From an uncultured Planctomycetia bacterium (GTDB lineage: Bacteria; Planctomycetota; Planctomycetia; Pirellulales; Thermoguttaceae): 64,000 bases of DNA. Both the position numbers and the translations under genes were made by a program. The first letter of the stretch is position 1. Each line of letters begins with the position of its first letter. The stretch is taken from assembly GCA_963824275.1 (NCBI GenBank), contig CAWGOT010000001.1, positions 300,499 to 364,498 of the forward strand, written 5' to 3'. Below, piece by piece: positions 54,320-63,141 of the stretch. The notes below the pieces were generated by a model that was not told where the DNA came from, made no database searches, and saw nothing but the letters and a program-made list of their open reading frames with translations.

Positions 54320-54509
54320 AGAAACGTCCCAATTCGGGAGCCGGTTCGCCGTGATCGAGACGGTCGGCTATGACGCGCAGAGCCAGTGCCTTGGCTCGGT
54401 CAATGGCTTCGGCGCGTGTCTGCCCATACACCAGAACGCCCGGAAGTTCCGGCGCCTCGGCCAGCCAGCGGCCATCTTCTTCTTGTTCGACCTCGATGTT
54501 CAGGCCCAT
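54303..54509 (-). CDS. HicB-like (UPF0150) antitoxin-like protein with no HicA partner
   Basis: MGLNIEVEQEEDGRWLAEAPELPGVLVYGQTRAEAIDRAKALALRVIADRL is the classic HicB N-terminal pattern. It lies immediately upstream of, or overlapping, the DUF3592 gene. Confidence 0.65.
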   Translation of the reverse strand: MGLNIEVEQEEDGRWLAEAPELPGVLVYGQTRAEAIDRAKALALRVIADRLDHGEPAPELGRFFAVVA

Positions 54510-54630
54510 GAACAGCCTCCTTGAAACGCAGACGGTCTCCACACGGAGACAAGTTTCGTGCAATAATCAATAATAGCAGCCACTTGAGCATCTAGCAATT
54601 CGCGACAAGAGCCCACCGCACAATCCAACC

Positions 54631-55227
54631 ATGAAAATCCTCGGTCTCCTCGGCGGCGTGGCAAGCGGCAAGAGCCTGGTCGCCCGGCAATTGGCGGAAC
54701 TGGGCGCGGTGGTGCTCGACGCCGATCGCGCGGGTCACGAGGCCCTGCGGTTGCCCGCCGTCGAAGCAGCGGCCCGCCTGCGCTGGGGGGATGCCATTTT
54801 CGACCCCGATGGCCATATCGACCGCGGTCGGCTGGCAAAGATCGTGTTTGCTCCACCCCCGGAGGGGCCAAAAGAGCGAAAATACCTGGAATCGCTGACC
54901 CATCCGGAGATCGGCCGCCGTTTGGCGGCCGAAGTGGACGCCAAGAATGCGATTTTCCCGCTGGCCGTACTTGACGCCGCATTGATTCTCGAGGCTGGGT
55001 GGGATAGACTGTGTAATTGCTTCGCTTTTGTCGAGGTGCCGCGAGAGTTACGGTTGGTCCGTGCCTCGCAACGGGGGTGGACGGAAGAGGATTTTTTGGC
55101 CAGGGAGGCCGCGCAAGAATCGTTGGAATCCAAGCGCGCCCATGCCGATGTGATTATTGACAACTCGGGTTCCGCCGAGCATACTCAAGCGCAAGTCCAG
55201 CGCCTTTGGCGGCTCCTCGTCGGCTGA
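54631..55227 (+). CDS. coaE: Dephospho-CoA kinase
   Basis: It contains MKILGLLGGVASGKSLV (P-loop), VLDADRAGHEAL and LTHPEI. It is 198 aa long. Confidence 0.9.
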   Translation: MKILGLLGGVASGKSLVARQLAELGAVVLDADRAGHEALRLPAVEAAARLRWGDAIFDPDGHIDRGRLAKIVFAPPPEGPKERKYLESLTHPEIGRRLAAEVDAKNAIFPLAVLDAALILEAGWDRLCNCFAFVEVPRELRLVRASQRGWTEEDFLAREAAQESLESKRAHADVIIDNSGSAEHTQAQVQRLWRLLVG

Positions 55228-55386
55228 TTCCCCCTTTTTTCGCAGTCTCACCGGTTTCAGGGCCTCGCGCCGGCACTTTCAACCACTCCAAACCGCCCTC
55301 TGGCAACGGGCGGTTGCTGTCAAGTCCATTCAACCCGCTGCTCACCTTCCACAAGTCCGCACTTATCGTTGCCAGGAGTTCGATCG

Positions 55387-56910
55387 ATGCCCTCCGACCA
55401 CCATCCCGGTTCTCATGCCGACGATCGCGACGAACGTCGCGAGAAGGCTGGTCCGTGCGATCAGCCCGAAGCGGACGGCCCGCCGGAACGGGCAGCAGCC
55501 AAGGCGGAGGCAGCGGACTATCCTAGCTCGTTCGACTACGAGGATGAAGAGCCGCTGTCGCTGGCCGAAGAGATCGCCGCCGGCGCCGAGAGTCTGCCCG
55601 ACGACATTCACGACCGCATTCAGCAGATCAAGCAGGCGGGCGACACGCACGTCGCCGAATTGCAGAAGATGTCGATGGAGAAGTTGATCGAGGAGGCCCG
55701 CAAGGAGAACCTGACCGATTACGCCGGCATCAAGAAGCAGGAACTGATTTTCAGGATCCTCAAGGAGCGGGTCAAACTCAACGGCCTGATGTACGGCGAG
55801 GGGACATTGGAAGTGCTTCCCGACGGCTTCGGTTTCCTTCGCAGCCCCGACTACCACTACCTCTCCTGCCCCGACGACATTTATGTCTCGCCGAGCCAAA
55901 TCCGCCGCTTCGGCCTGCAGACGGGCACGACGGTCTCCGGGCAGATCCGCCCACCGAAGGAGAACGAGCGCTACTTCGCCCTGCTGCGGGTCGAGGCGAT
56001 CAACTACCAGGACCCGAACCTGCTGACCAGCAAGGTTGCGTTCGACGAGTTGACGCCGCTGCATCCCGACGAGCGGATCCGCATGGAAGTCACGCCGGAC
56101 GAGGTCAGCATGCGGGTCGTCGACCTGATCGTGCCGATCGGTTTCGGCCAGCGCGGCCTGATCGTCAGCCCTCCGCGGGCCGGCAAGACGATCCTCATGC
56201 AGAAGATGGCCAAGGCGGCGCTGGCCAATTACCCCGACCTGTACGTCTTCATGCTGTTGATCGACGAGCGGCCGGAAGAGGTCACCGACATGGAGCGGCA
56301 GGTCAAGGGCCGCAACTGCGAGGTCATCAGCTCGACGTTCGACGAACCGGCGGCCCGGCACATCCAGGTCTCGGAGATGGTGCTGGAGAAGGCCAAGCGG
56401 ATGGTCGAGTTCGGATACAACGTATTGATCTTCCTCGATTCGATCACCCGCTTGGCGCGGGCCTGGAACGCGGAGTGCCCCAACTCGGGCAAGATCCTCT
56501 CCGGCGGCGTCGACGCCAATGCCTTGCAGCGGCCGAAGCGCTTCTTCGGCTCCGCCCGCAAGGTCGAGGAAGGCGGCTCGCTGACGATCATCGGCACGGC
56601 CCTGGTCGATACCGGCAGCCGTATGGACGAGGTGATATTCGAGGAATTCAAGGGCACGGGCAACCAGGAGATCATCCTCGACCGCAAGCTGGTCGACCGG
56701 CGGATCTGGCCCTCGATCGACATCAACCGCAGCGGGACGCGGAAGGAAGAGATGCTCTTGGATCCGGAGGAATATCGGCGGATCTGCGTCTTGCGGCGTG
56801 TGCTCAGCGACATGAATCCACCGGACGCCATGGAGCTGCTCGTCACGCGACTGCAGAAGACGAAGTCGAACGCCGAGTTCCTCATGAGCTTGAATGCGAA
56901 GGGCGGCTGA
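55387..56910 (+). CDS. rho: Transcription termination factor Rho with an acidic N-terminal extension of about 85 aa
   Basis: Features are [32 protein letters not shown], Walker [20 protein letters not shown] and SGTRKEE. The ORF is intact. Confidence 0.95.
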   Translation: MPSDHHPGSHADDRDERREKAGPCDQPEADGPPERAAAKAEAADYPSSFDYEDEEPLSLAEEIAAGAESLPDDIHDRIQQIKQAGDTHVAELQKMSMEKLIEEARKENLTDYAGIKKQELIFRILKERVKLNGLMYGEGTLEVLPDGFGFLRSPDYHYLSCPDDIYVSPSQIRRFGLQTGTTVSGQIRPPKENERYFALLRVEAINYQDPNLLTSKVAFDELTPLHPDERIRMEVTPDEVSMRVVDLIVPIGFGQRGLIVSPPRAGKTILMQKMAKAALANYPDLYVFMLLIDERPEEVTDMERQVKGRNCEVISSTFDEPAARHIQVSEMVLEKAKRMVEFGYNVLIFLDSITRLARAWNAECPNSGKILSGGVDANALQRPKRFFGSARKVEEGGSLTIIGTALVDTGSRMDEVIFEEFKGTGNQEIILDRKLVDRRIWPSIDINRSGTRKEEMLLDPEEYRRICVLRRVLSDMNPPDAMELLVTRLQKTKSNAEFLMSLNAKGG

Positions 56911-56918
56911 TGATCACC

Positions 56919-56941
56919 GTAGGATAGGTTTTTAACCTGTC
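56919..56941. repeat. Family K element 9 nt after the rho stop
   Basis: GTAGGATAGGTTTTTAACCTGTC. Confidence 0.8.
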
Positions 56942-56988
56942 TGGGTGCAGGAGTTATCCGTGCAAAACCGGGATGGGGCAAGATCCTG

Positions 56989-57497
56989 ATGGTCACCGTT
57001 TATGAAGGCACGCCGGCGGCCGGTGAAGGCCGCTTTGCCATCGTCGTAGCGCGTTTCAACCGGTCGATCACCGAGCGGATGTTAAACGGCGCCGTCGCAA
57101 CACTCATGGCGCATGGCATTGCCGATGACAAGATCGACGTGGCCTGGGTCCCCGGCGCGTTCGAGATCCCCACGGTGGCCTCGCGGCTGGCGTCGGCCGG
57201 ACGGCACGTCGCCATCTTGTGCCTGGGCGCGGTGATACGCGGCCAGACGACGCACGACCAGCATATCAATCGGGCCGTGAGCATGGCCCTTGCCCAGCTT
57301 GTGCGCGGTACAAGCTGCCGGTGATGTTTGGAATCCTCACCTGCGAGACGTTGGACCAGGCCATTGCCCGCAGCGGCGGCCAGGCGGCGACGACCGGCAA
57401 GGACGAAGCCCAGGCCCACTTGGGCAACAAGGGCGTCGATTGTGCCGAGGCGGCGCTGGAAATGGTGAACTTAATGAACAAACTTCCCAGAGAATAG
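56989..57497 (+). CDS. ribH: 6,7-dimethyl-8-ribityllumazine synthase, with a frame shift at about 57301-57305
   Basis: The N-terminal part has [21 protein letters not shown] and VPGAFEIP. After the shift the reading continues [22 protein letters not shown]...[13 protein letters not shown]. Confidence 0.9.
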
Positions 57498-57507
57498 AAA
57501 GAAAGCA

Positions 57508-57648
57508 GGAAATCCGAATCTCGAAATCCCAAACAAATTCGAATCCGAAAAATCCGCAAGAGTCAGAGTCTGGAAACCGCGCGTTTCTGATTTGCTTGCT
57601 TTGAATTTCGAGCTTGTTTCGGATTTCGAGATTCGGATTTCGGATTTT
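57508..57648. repeat. AAATCCG-family heptamer inverted repeat (ribH|nusB spacer)
   Basis: The left arm GGAAATCCGAATCTCGAAATCCCAAACAAATTCGAATCCGAAAAATCCG lies at 57508-57556. The right arm TTGAATTTCGAGCTTGTTTCGGATTTCGAGATTCGGATTTCGGATTTTC lies at 57601-57648. Confidence 0.85.
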
Positions 57649-57656
57649 CTCCCGCC

Positions 57657-58223
57657 ATGCGACCCAGGACTTTTGCCCGCGAAATTGCCTTCCAGGTTCT
57701 CTATCGCGAAGACTTGAATCCCGATCAGCCCGGGGCGGTCACGGTCTCCAGCGATGCGCTCTTGGACCAGGGCCGGCAGACCCGCGAATTGACGGAGTTC
57801 GTCCGCCATCTGGCCGAGTTGCAAGAACAGGAGGACGCCGCGTCGGCCGACGAAGGCGAGTGCTGCTCGCAGTGGCTGCGGACGCCCTCGCTGGTGGAGT
57901 TCTCGCGACTGCTGATCCGCGGCGTAGCGGAGAAGCGGGCCGAGTTGGACGAGAAGATTACCGCCGCGGCCGAAAACTGGAGCGTTGGGCGGATGGCGGC
58001 CACCGATCGCAACCTCTTGCGGCTCGGCGCCTATGAACTCCACTTCACGGACACGCCGGTCAAGGTCGTGATCGATGAATCGGTTGAACTGGCCAAACGA
58101 TTTGGCGGCGCCCAGTCGGCGCAGTTCGTCAATGGAATCCTCGACAAACTGATGAAGCAACAAAAAAATCCGAATCTCGAAATCCGAAATCCGAAACAAA
58201 TTCAAAATACAAAGCACGAATGA
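57657..58223 (+). CDS. nusB: Transcription antitermination factor NusB; its C-terminal tail is encoded by a repeat
   Basis: It contains REIAFQVLYRED, DRNLLRLGAYEL, VVIDESVELAKRFGG and FVNGILDK. The tail KNPNLEIRNPKQIQNTKHE lies in the AAATCCG repeat. Confidence 0.9.
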   Translation: MRPRTFAREIAFQVLYREDLNPDQPGAVTVSSDALLDQGRQTRELTEFVRHLAELQEQEDAASADEGECCSQWLRTPSLVEFSRLLIRGVAEKRAELDEKITAAAENWSVGRMAATDRNLLRLGAYELHFTDTPVKVVIDESVELAKRFGGAQSAQFVNGILDKLMKQQKNPNLEIRNPKQIQNTKHE

Positions 58224-58470
58224 CCAAAACCAGATTTTACCACCACACTCAAATAATCACGAAAGCACGAAAGAAAGGCTGGCGGACGAGTTGCGACGGA
58301 CGGTTCACGTTCTGCTTCGTGTTTTCGTCCTTTCGGGCTTTCGTGATTCGTTTCCTTGTTTTGCTGAGCATGGAGCCGGTCCTGTTGCTAGAGTCCTTGG
58401 GAGTTTTGGATTTCGCCATTTGAATTCTATATTTGTTTCGGATTTCGACATTCGGATTTCGGATTTTTTG
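58165..58470. repeat. AAATCCG-family inverted repeat enclosing a nested CACGAAAG-type hairpin (nusB|ftsY spacer)
   Basis: The left arm lies at 58165-58204 and the right arm ATTTGTTTCGGATTTCGACATTCGGATTTCGGATTTTTTG at 58431-58470. The inner inverted repeat is ATCACGAAAGCACGAAAGAAAGG with CCTTTCGGGCTTTCGTGAT (about 58254-58350). Confidence 0.85.
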
Positions 58471-58474
58471 ATTT

Positions 58475-59395
58475 ATGGGTCTATTCGAAAAACTCAAACA
58501 GGGTCTGAAGAAGACCGCACAGTTCTTCAGCACCGACATCCGCGACCTCTTCAAGAGCGAGGGGCAGTTGCTCGACGACAACTTCGTCGACCAACTCTTC
58601 GCAACGCTCATTAAGATGGACATGGGGGTCGACGCCGCGAAGGAAATCACCGACGAGATCCGCACGAGCTTCCGCGCCCGGGTCGTGAAGATGGATGAGA
58701 TCCAAGAGCACATCAAGGCCAACCTCAAGGCGATCATGGCCCAGCCCGCCGATCCGATCCGCTTCGCCCCCAGCGGCCCGACCGTAATCATGGTGGCCGG
58801 CGTGAATGGGGCCGGCAAGACGACGTCCATCGCCAAGTTGACTTTCATGTTCCAGGCCGAGGGCAAGAAGGTTGTGCTGGGGGCTGCTGACACGTTTCGC
58901 GCCGCGGCAGTCGAGCAGTTGACGATCTGGGCCAAGCGGTTGGGGGCGGAGATCGTCACGGGCGCATTGGGCAGCGACCCGGCCAGCGTGGCGCATCGTG
59001 CGGTTGCCCGGGCCCTGGAGATCGGCGCCGATGTATGCGTGGTCGACACGGCAGGCCGATTGCAGACCCAGCAGGGCTTGATGCAGGAGCTTACGAAAAT
59101 CCACCGCGTGCTAGGCAAGCAGGTCCCGGACGCCCCGCACGAAGTGATCCTGGTCCTCGACGCCACCACCGGCCAGAACGGCATCAGTCAGGCCAGGCAT
59201 TTCACGGATGCCGTGCGTTGCACAGGGCTGCTGCTGGCCAAGCTCGACGGCACGGCCAAAGGCGGTGTCGTGGTTGCCATCCGCAAGACCGTCGGCCTGC
59301 CGGTCAAGTACATCGGTGTAGGCGAGCAGGCCGAGGATCTGGCCCTGTTCGAGCCCGACAAGTTCGTCGATGCCCTGTTCGAGGATATGAAGTGA
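58475..59395 (+). CDS. ftsY: Signal recognition particle receptor FtsY
   Basis: GVNGAGKTTSIAKL, DTAGRLQ, LAKLDGTAKGG and VKYIGVGEQAEDL are present. The ORF is intact. Confidence 0.95.
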   Translation: MGLFEKLKQGLKKTAQFFSTDIRDLFKSEGQLLDDNFVDQLFATLIKMDMGVDAAKEITDEIRTSFRARVVKMDEIQEHIKANLKAIMAQPADPIRFAPSGPTVIMVAGVNGAGKTTSIAKLTFMFQAEGKKVVLGAADTFRAAAVEQLTIWAKRLGAEIVTGALGSDPASVAHRAVARALEIGADVCVVDTAGRLQTQQGLMQELTKIHRVLGKQVPDAPHEVILVLDATTGQNGISQARHFTDAVRCTGLLLAKLDGTAKGGVVVAIRKTVGLPVKYIGVGEQAEDLALFEPDKFVDALFEDMK

Positions 59396-59618
59396 ATTGC
59401 ATCGCCAGCGTTAAACAAGATGTTCTTCCTCTGGATAGATCTGACTGGCGTGCTGGAGCGGCGCCTTTCCCCGCGGCGCGACCGGCCCGGCCGTCGTCGG
59501 CGCCACCGACTGCGTTCGGCCAGAATGGGGCGAGTCCGCTTGCTTTTTTCCGCTATCGTAGGTATGGTTGAGAAGGACGGACAGCCGGTAAGTAGCCTGC
59601 ACGCTGGAGAAAACGCCC

Positions 59619-59999
59619 ATGAAACCAGTTGTTCAATCATTCGACATTTCATTGAGGGTGGTCTTCTACAAGGAAGGCAGCCGTTGGATCGCTCATTGTC
59701 TTGAGTTCGACCTGGCGGGCGATGGCCGGACCAAGGAAAAGGCGTTCGAGTCGCTGACTGCATCGATCGGCCTGCAGCTTGAGGAGAGCTTCAACCACAA
59801 GAACCCGGGCAACCTCTTCTCTCCTGCCCCAAGCGAGGCGTGGGAGATGTTTGCTCTGGGCAAGGATGCGGCCGTCGGAAATCTCAGCCTGTGCATCGAG
59901 GGGCTCGCTGCCAAGCAGGTGGCAACTTACTCTTTGGGTGATATTCGTTTGCGGGCGTACGAGGGCGTCAAGAGAATCGCAGCCTGCGAAGCCGTTTGA
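59619..59999 (+). CDS. HicB-like antitoxin (divergent)
   Basis: LRVVFYKEGSRWIAHCLEFDLAGDGRTKEKAFESLTASI matches the HicB-type fold pattern. It lies directly upstream of a HicA-like ORF. Confidence 0.5.
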   Translation: MKPVVQSFDISLRVVFYKEGSRWIAHCLEFDLAGDGRTKEKAFESLTASIGLQLEESFNHKNPGNLFSPAPSEAWEMFALGKDAAVGNLSLCIEGLAAKQVATYSLGDIRLRAYEGVKRIAACEAV

Positions 60000-60008
60000 G
60001 TTCTTGCT

Positions 60009-60248
60009 ATGGCCGATCGCCCTATCAGCTTCCAGCGGCTGGTTCGCATCTTGTCCCGCTACGGCGTATCTGCCGCACGGCAACGTGGCAGCCACGTTGT
60101 TTTTTTGAAGCGGTTTCCCGAGGGCGTGTTTACGTATCCTGTGCCAAAGCGGAAAGAAGTGATGGTATGTTACGTGCAGGGATGCCGCCGCAAGTTCCGC
60201 CTGACACCCGCGCACGGCGTTACGGATGAAGAATTCTACGGTTCTTAG
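60009..60248 (+). CDS. HicA-like toxin (divergent)
   Basis: ISFQRLVRILSRYGVSAARQRGSHVVFLKRF..GVFTYPVPKRKEVMVCYVQGCRRKF fits the pattern (..l...G......GSH..f......). It is 79 aa long. Confidence 0.5.
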   Translation: MADRPISFQRLVRILSRYGVSAARQRGSHVVFLKRFPEGVFTYPVPKRKEVMVCYVQGCRRKFRLTPAHGVTDEEFYGS

Positions 60249-60299
60249 TCCCGGCCGCCTGCCCTCACCCTAGCCCTCTCCCGAAGGGAGAGGGGACCG

Positions 60300-60896
60300 T
60301 TATAGCGCCATTCCACGCGGCGTTACCGGCCCGGCCGTCGGCGAGGGTGGAAGCGGGCTGGGCGGTGGCGCCCCAACGGGCGGCGCTATCAACCCGGCAG
60401 TCGGTTGGGCTGGAGCAGGGTTCGGTGGCGCCTGTTGTTCCCCCTGCCAAGCCTCGCCGCCGTCGGGCCCGTAGCCGGAAGACCTCGGACCGTGGTAGGG
60501 CGGGCGGTTCAGCCCATAGGGATTACGCCAGGAATCAAACGGCAGTGTCCAAGGGCCTTGCGGGTTGCCCCAGGGTCCGAAGGGCGTCGCCCCGGCGCGG
60601 TAAGGATATTCCCACTCGCCATAGGGCCGTATCGCCGTGCCCGCACCCCAAGTCTGCACCAGATTCAACACGTCCGTGCCATTTTGAATAACCTGATGCC
60701 GGTAGCCGCTCTCTTGATAGCTGGGATCGGAGGGCACGATCGACGGCCGCTCCGGCTCATATTGGGCCACGCGCTCGCCCGTCTCCGGCGAATGCGTGTA
60801 ATACCCGGGGAGAAAAACCCAGCTTACATCGCTGGCCTGGGCCGCCGGGACAGAGAACATTATCGGAAGTAGAAAAATCGTCTGGTGCAGTCTCAT
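60300..60896 (-). CDS. Secreted Pro/Gly/Trp-rich protein (hypothetical)
   Basis: The signal peptide is MRLHQTIFLLPIMFSVPAAQA. The mature part is low in complexity and rich in aromatic residues and Pro. Confidence 0.5.
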   Translation of the reverse strand: MRLHQTIFLLPIMFSVPAAQASDVSWVFLPGYYTHSPETGERVAQYEPERPSIVPSDPSYQESGYRHQVIQNGTDVLNLVQTWGAGTAIRPYGEWEYPYRAGATPFGPWGNPQGPWTLPFDSWRNPYGLNRPPYHGPRSSGYGPDGGEAWQGEQQAPPNPAPAQPTAGLIAPPVGAPPPSPLPPSPTAGPVTPRGMAL

Positions 60897-60950
60897 GGTG
60901 GTCTCGTACTTGCTAGGTGCGGAAAGTTATGCGCTATTGAAGGAGGCTGG

Positions 60951-61484
60951 CTACTTCGAGTGCTCGACCAACAACTCTCCTCCAATCGGGTCGTAAATAT
61001 AACTGTCTCCTGCCGGCAAGGGAGGCAGCTTCTTGAGGTTGTTTGGAATGAGGATTTCCTTCTCGAACTCCTCATAGTCTTTGGGGAACTGCCCTTTGTC
61101 AGCCTTGTAAATGTCCAAGTCATGGCGGATCCTGCCGAAAGCAGTTGCCTCCTCAGCCGTCCAGCGGGCCTTGATCGCGGCGGTGATTGGATCGCCGCCG
61201 TAACCACGTCCTCTCTCACCCACGCCAACTGCCGCCTTTTCGCGAACGGTGCCGGGCTTCGTCTCGCCGGATGTTCTCGCCGTGCCTGCTCCGCTTCCGG
61301 TTGCTTGACTGGCTGCCTGCTCGGACGTCTTCTGGTCGCCCGAGCCTTTTGCTGCGACATTCGTCTCCGCTGCCTTGTTCACAACAGGCTCGTCATGCTT
61401 TGGTGCGCGTGGAATCGGCCCTTCCAGGCCGCAACCGGCAAGTATCACGCAAAGTGTGGACAGCCAGCAATTGAACATCTTCAT
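60951..61484 (-). CDS. Lipoprotein (hypothetical)
   Basis: The lipobox is CVILAGC. It overlaps the surE stop by 4 nt. Confidence 0.55.
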   Translation of the reverse strand: MKMFNCWLSTLCVILAGCGLEGPIPRAPKHDEPVVNKAAETNVAAKGSGDQKTSEQAASQATGSGAGTARTSGETKPGTVREKAAVGVGERGRGYGGDPITAAIKARWTAEEATAFGRIRHDLDIYKADKGQFPKDYEEFEKEILIPNNLKKLPPLPAGDSYIYDPIGGELLVEHSK

Positions 61485-62314
61485 CCGTTTTCTCCTTCGT
61501 GGCTAGTCGGCGGCGGGGAGAGGCAGATCCGCCACTTCTCCATTTCCGCCAGAACGGTCTGTTTCGTCATGTTGAAGTCCAGCGGCGTGATCGTGATCTG
61601 GCCCTGGGCGATTGCGGAAAGGTCGGTTTCATGCTCAGCCAAGAGCGGCGCCCGGCCGCCGCTGAGCCAATAATAGGGCCGGCCGAACGGGTCATGACGC
61701 TTCTCGAAGCGGTCGCCGTACCGGGTCACGTTCATCGGCACGGCGAAAACTTGCGGCTCACCGGAAAGGGCCGCCGTGGGGATGTTGATGTTGTAAAGCT
61801 GAGGGTCCGGCCCCTTGGCGGCCAGGACCTGCTCGATGATCTGCCGGGCCAGCCCGGCCGCCTTTTCGAACTGGAAATGACGCTCGTATTGCAGGGAAAC
61901 CGCAACGCTCGTAATGCCGAAAAAGGCCCCTTCGATCGCCGCCGCCACCGTGCCGGAATAAAGCACGTTGATGCCCGCGTTCAGGCCGGCGTTGATCCCG
62001 CTGACCACCAGGTCCGGCGGCCGCGAGCAGAACTCCGCCACGCCGATCTTCACGCAGTCGGCAGGGCTGCCTTCGACGGCCCAGCCCCAACGCTCGTCGT
62101 CGACCATGGGTACAGGGTGCCCGCCGGCCATCCGCTCGTTCTGAAACACCTCTTTCACTATCAGGGGGGTCAAGTAAGTGATCGCGTGGCCCACGCCGCT
62201 TTGCTCAGTCGAAGGCGCAACGACGACAACCTCGCCCAACTTGGCCAGTTCCCTTTGCAGGGCAGCCAGCCCGGGGGCATAAATGCCATCGTCGTTCGTC
62301 AAGAGGATTAACAC
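61481..62314 (-). CDS. surE: 5'/3'-nucleotidase SurE
   Basis: It contains MLILLTNDDGIYAPGL, VVAPSTEQSGVGHAIT, SGINAGLNAG and YSGTVAAAIEG. Confidence 0.9.
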   Translation of the reverse strand: MLILLTNDDGIYAPGLAALQRELAKLGEVVVVAPSTEQSGVGHAITYLTPLIVKEVFQNERMAGGHPVPMVDDERWGWAVEGSPADCVKIGVAEFCSRPPDLVVSGINAGLNAGINVLYSGTVAAAIEGAFFGITSVAVSLQYERHFQFEKAAGLARQIIEQVLAAKGPDPQLYNINIPTAALSGEPQVFAVPMNVTRYGDRFEKRHDPFGRPYYWLSGGRAPLLAEHETDLSAIAQGQITITPLDFNMTKQTVLAEMEKWRICLSPPPTSHEGENG

Positions 62315-63141
62315 GGCCGCTTTCTGTTCCGAGGAAGAGGGGCCTTCCTAGCTTCCATCATAATTGGGGACCGGCCGTATGACAAGAGTCGGACGCAATG
62401 CCTTGCCAACTAGGACTTTACCGCTTGCAAAGCGTTTCCTGTTGCAATTTGCAACGCATCGGCTAAAATGGAGGTTCGTGCTGTTTTTGCACGGAAAACC
62501 AACTATTAAACGAAACTTAGGTGCTTGGCAGTCCGCCGGGAATGCCTAGCACCGTGTGTTGCGAGTATTCGACGGGTTCTGAAATTGACCGCAAGAACCA
62601 ACGGATGCGGAGTGGGCGAGTGGTGGGCTCGATTCTAGTTTTGATTCAGTGGCTGATCGCGATGCTGGATTGTGCTGCACGGTTCCTGGAAACAGGATCG
62701 ATCGTTGCTGCCGACCTTTTCGTCGCGAATCTGTCTGCGGCACCGGGTCTGTCAGCGGCGCCGGGGGACTGGCGCAGATTCGAGCGTGGGTCGCCTGCCC
62801 TGAAACTGCCCTGCCTCCACAGCATCCCTTGGATGACGTACTGTCTTGGGCAAGGATGGACCAGCGCTTCGCCAGGGCTATTGCCGGCCCTCCTATCAAG
62901 GGCATCCGCCCTGTTGTTACGGGCAATGGACTGGGGTCTTTCCCAGTTTGCTTTCTGCAGGCGCCGAGTTTCATTCATAACGACCTCTTCTTGTCTCGCT
63001 CCAAGTGCGCGGGTGGCCTAGCGGCCCCACCACTTGGGGCATTGGGTCATTGGACTGACTTCTCGATTCTCGCAAGCGCCGCCCCCTCAATTTGTTGATA
63101 ATTGGGGCTAGCCGGCGGTCTTGATTGCGAGGTATTTAGTC

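Noticed and set aside
56911-56988. An FMN (RFN) riboswitch upstream of ribH, or at 30408-30414 upstream of ribE.
   Set aside because: The spacers are 78 nt and 7 nt, too short for an RFN element. No conserved RFN core motif is visible.
62521-63021. A 166-aa ORF, with overlapping alternatives, in the surE-rny gap.
   Set aside because: It has no recognisable domain. Several mutually overlapping ORFs of similar length lie on both strands. It is kept only as part of the unexplained-gap finding.
62335-63035. A possible tmRNA or RNase P RNA in the surE-rny gap (ATTCGACGGG at about 62566, GGCCCCACCA at about 63023, GGGGCC at 62339).
   Set aside because: No T-arm (GGTTCGA.TCC), no tag reading frame and no GGAAAGTCCGG or ACAGAA.CCGGCTTA RNase P motifs are present. 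The implied length of about 700 nt is far too long for tmRNA.
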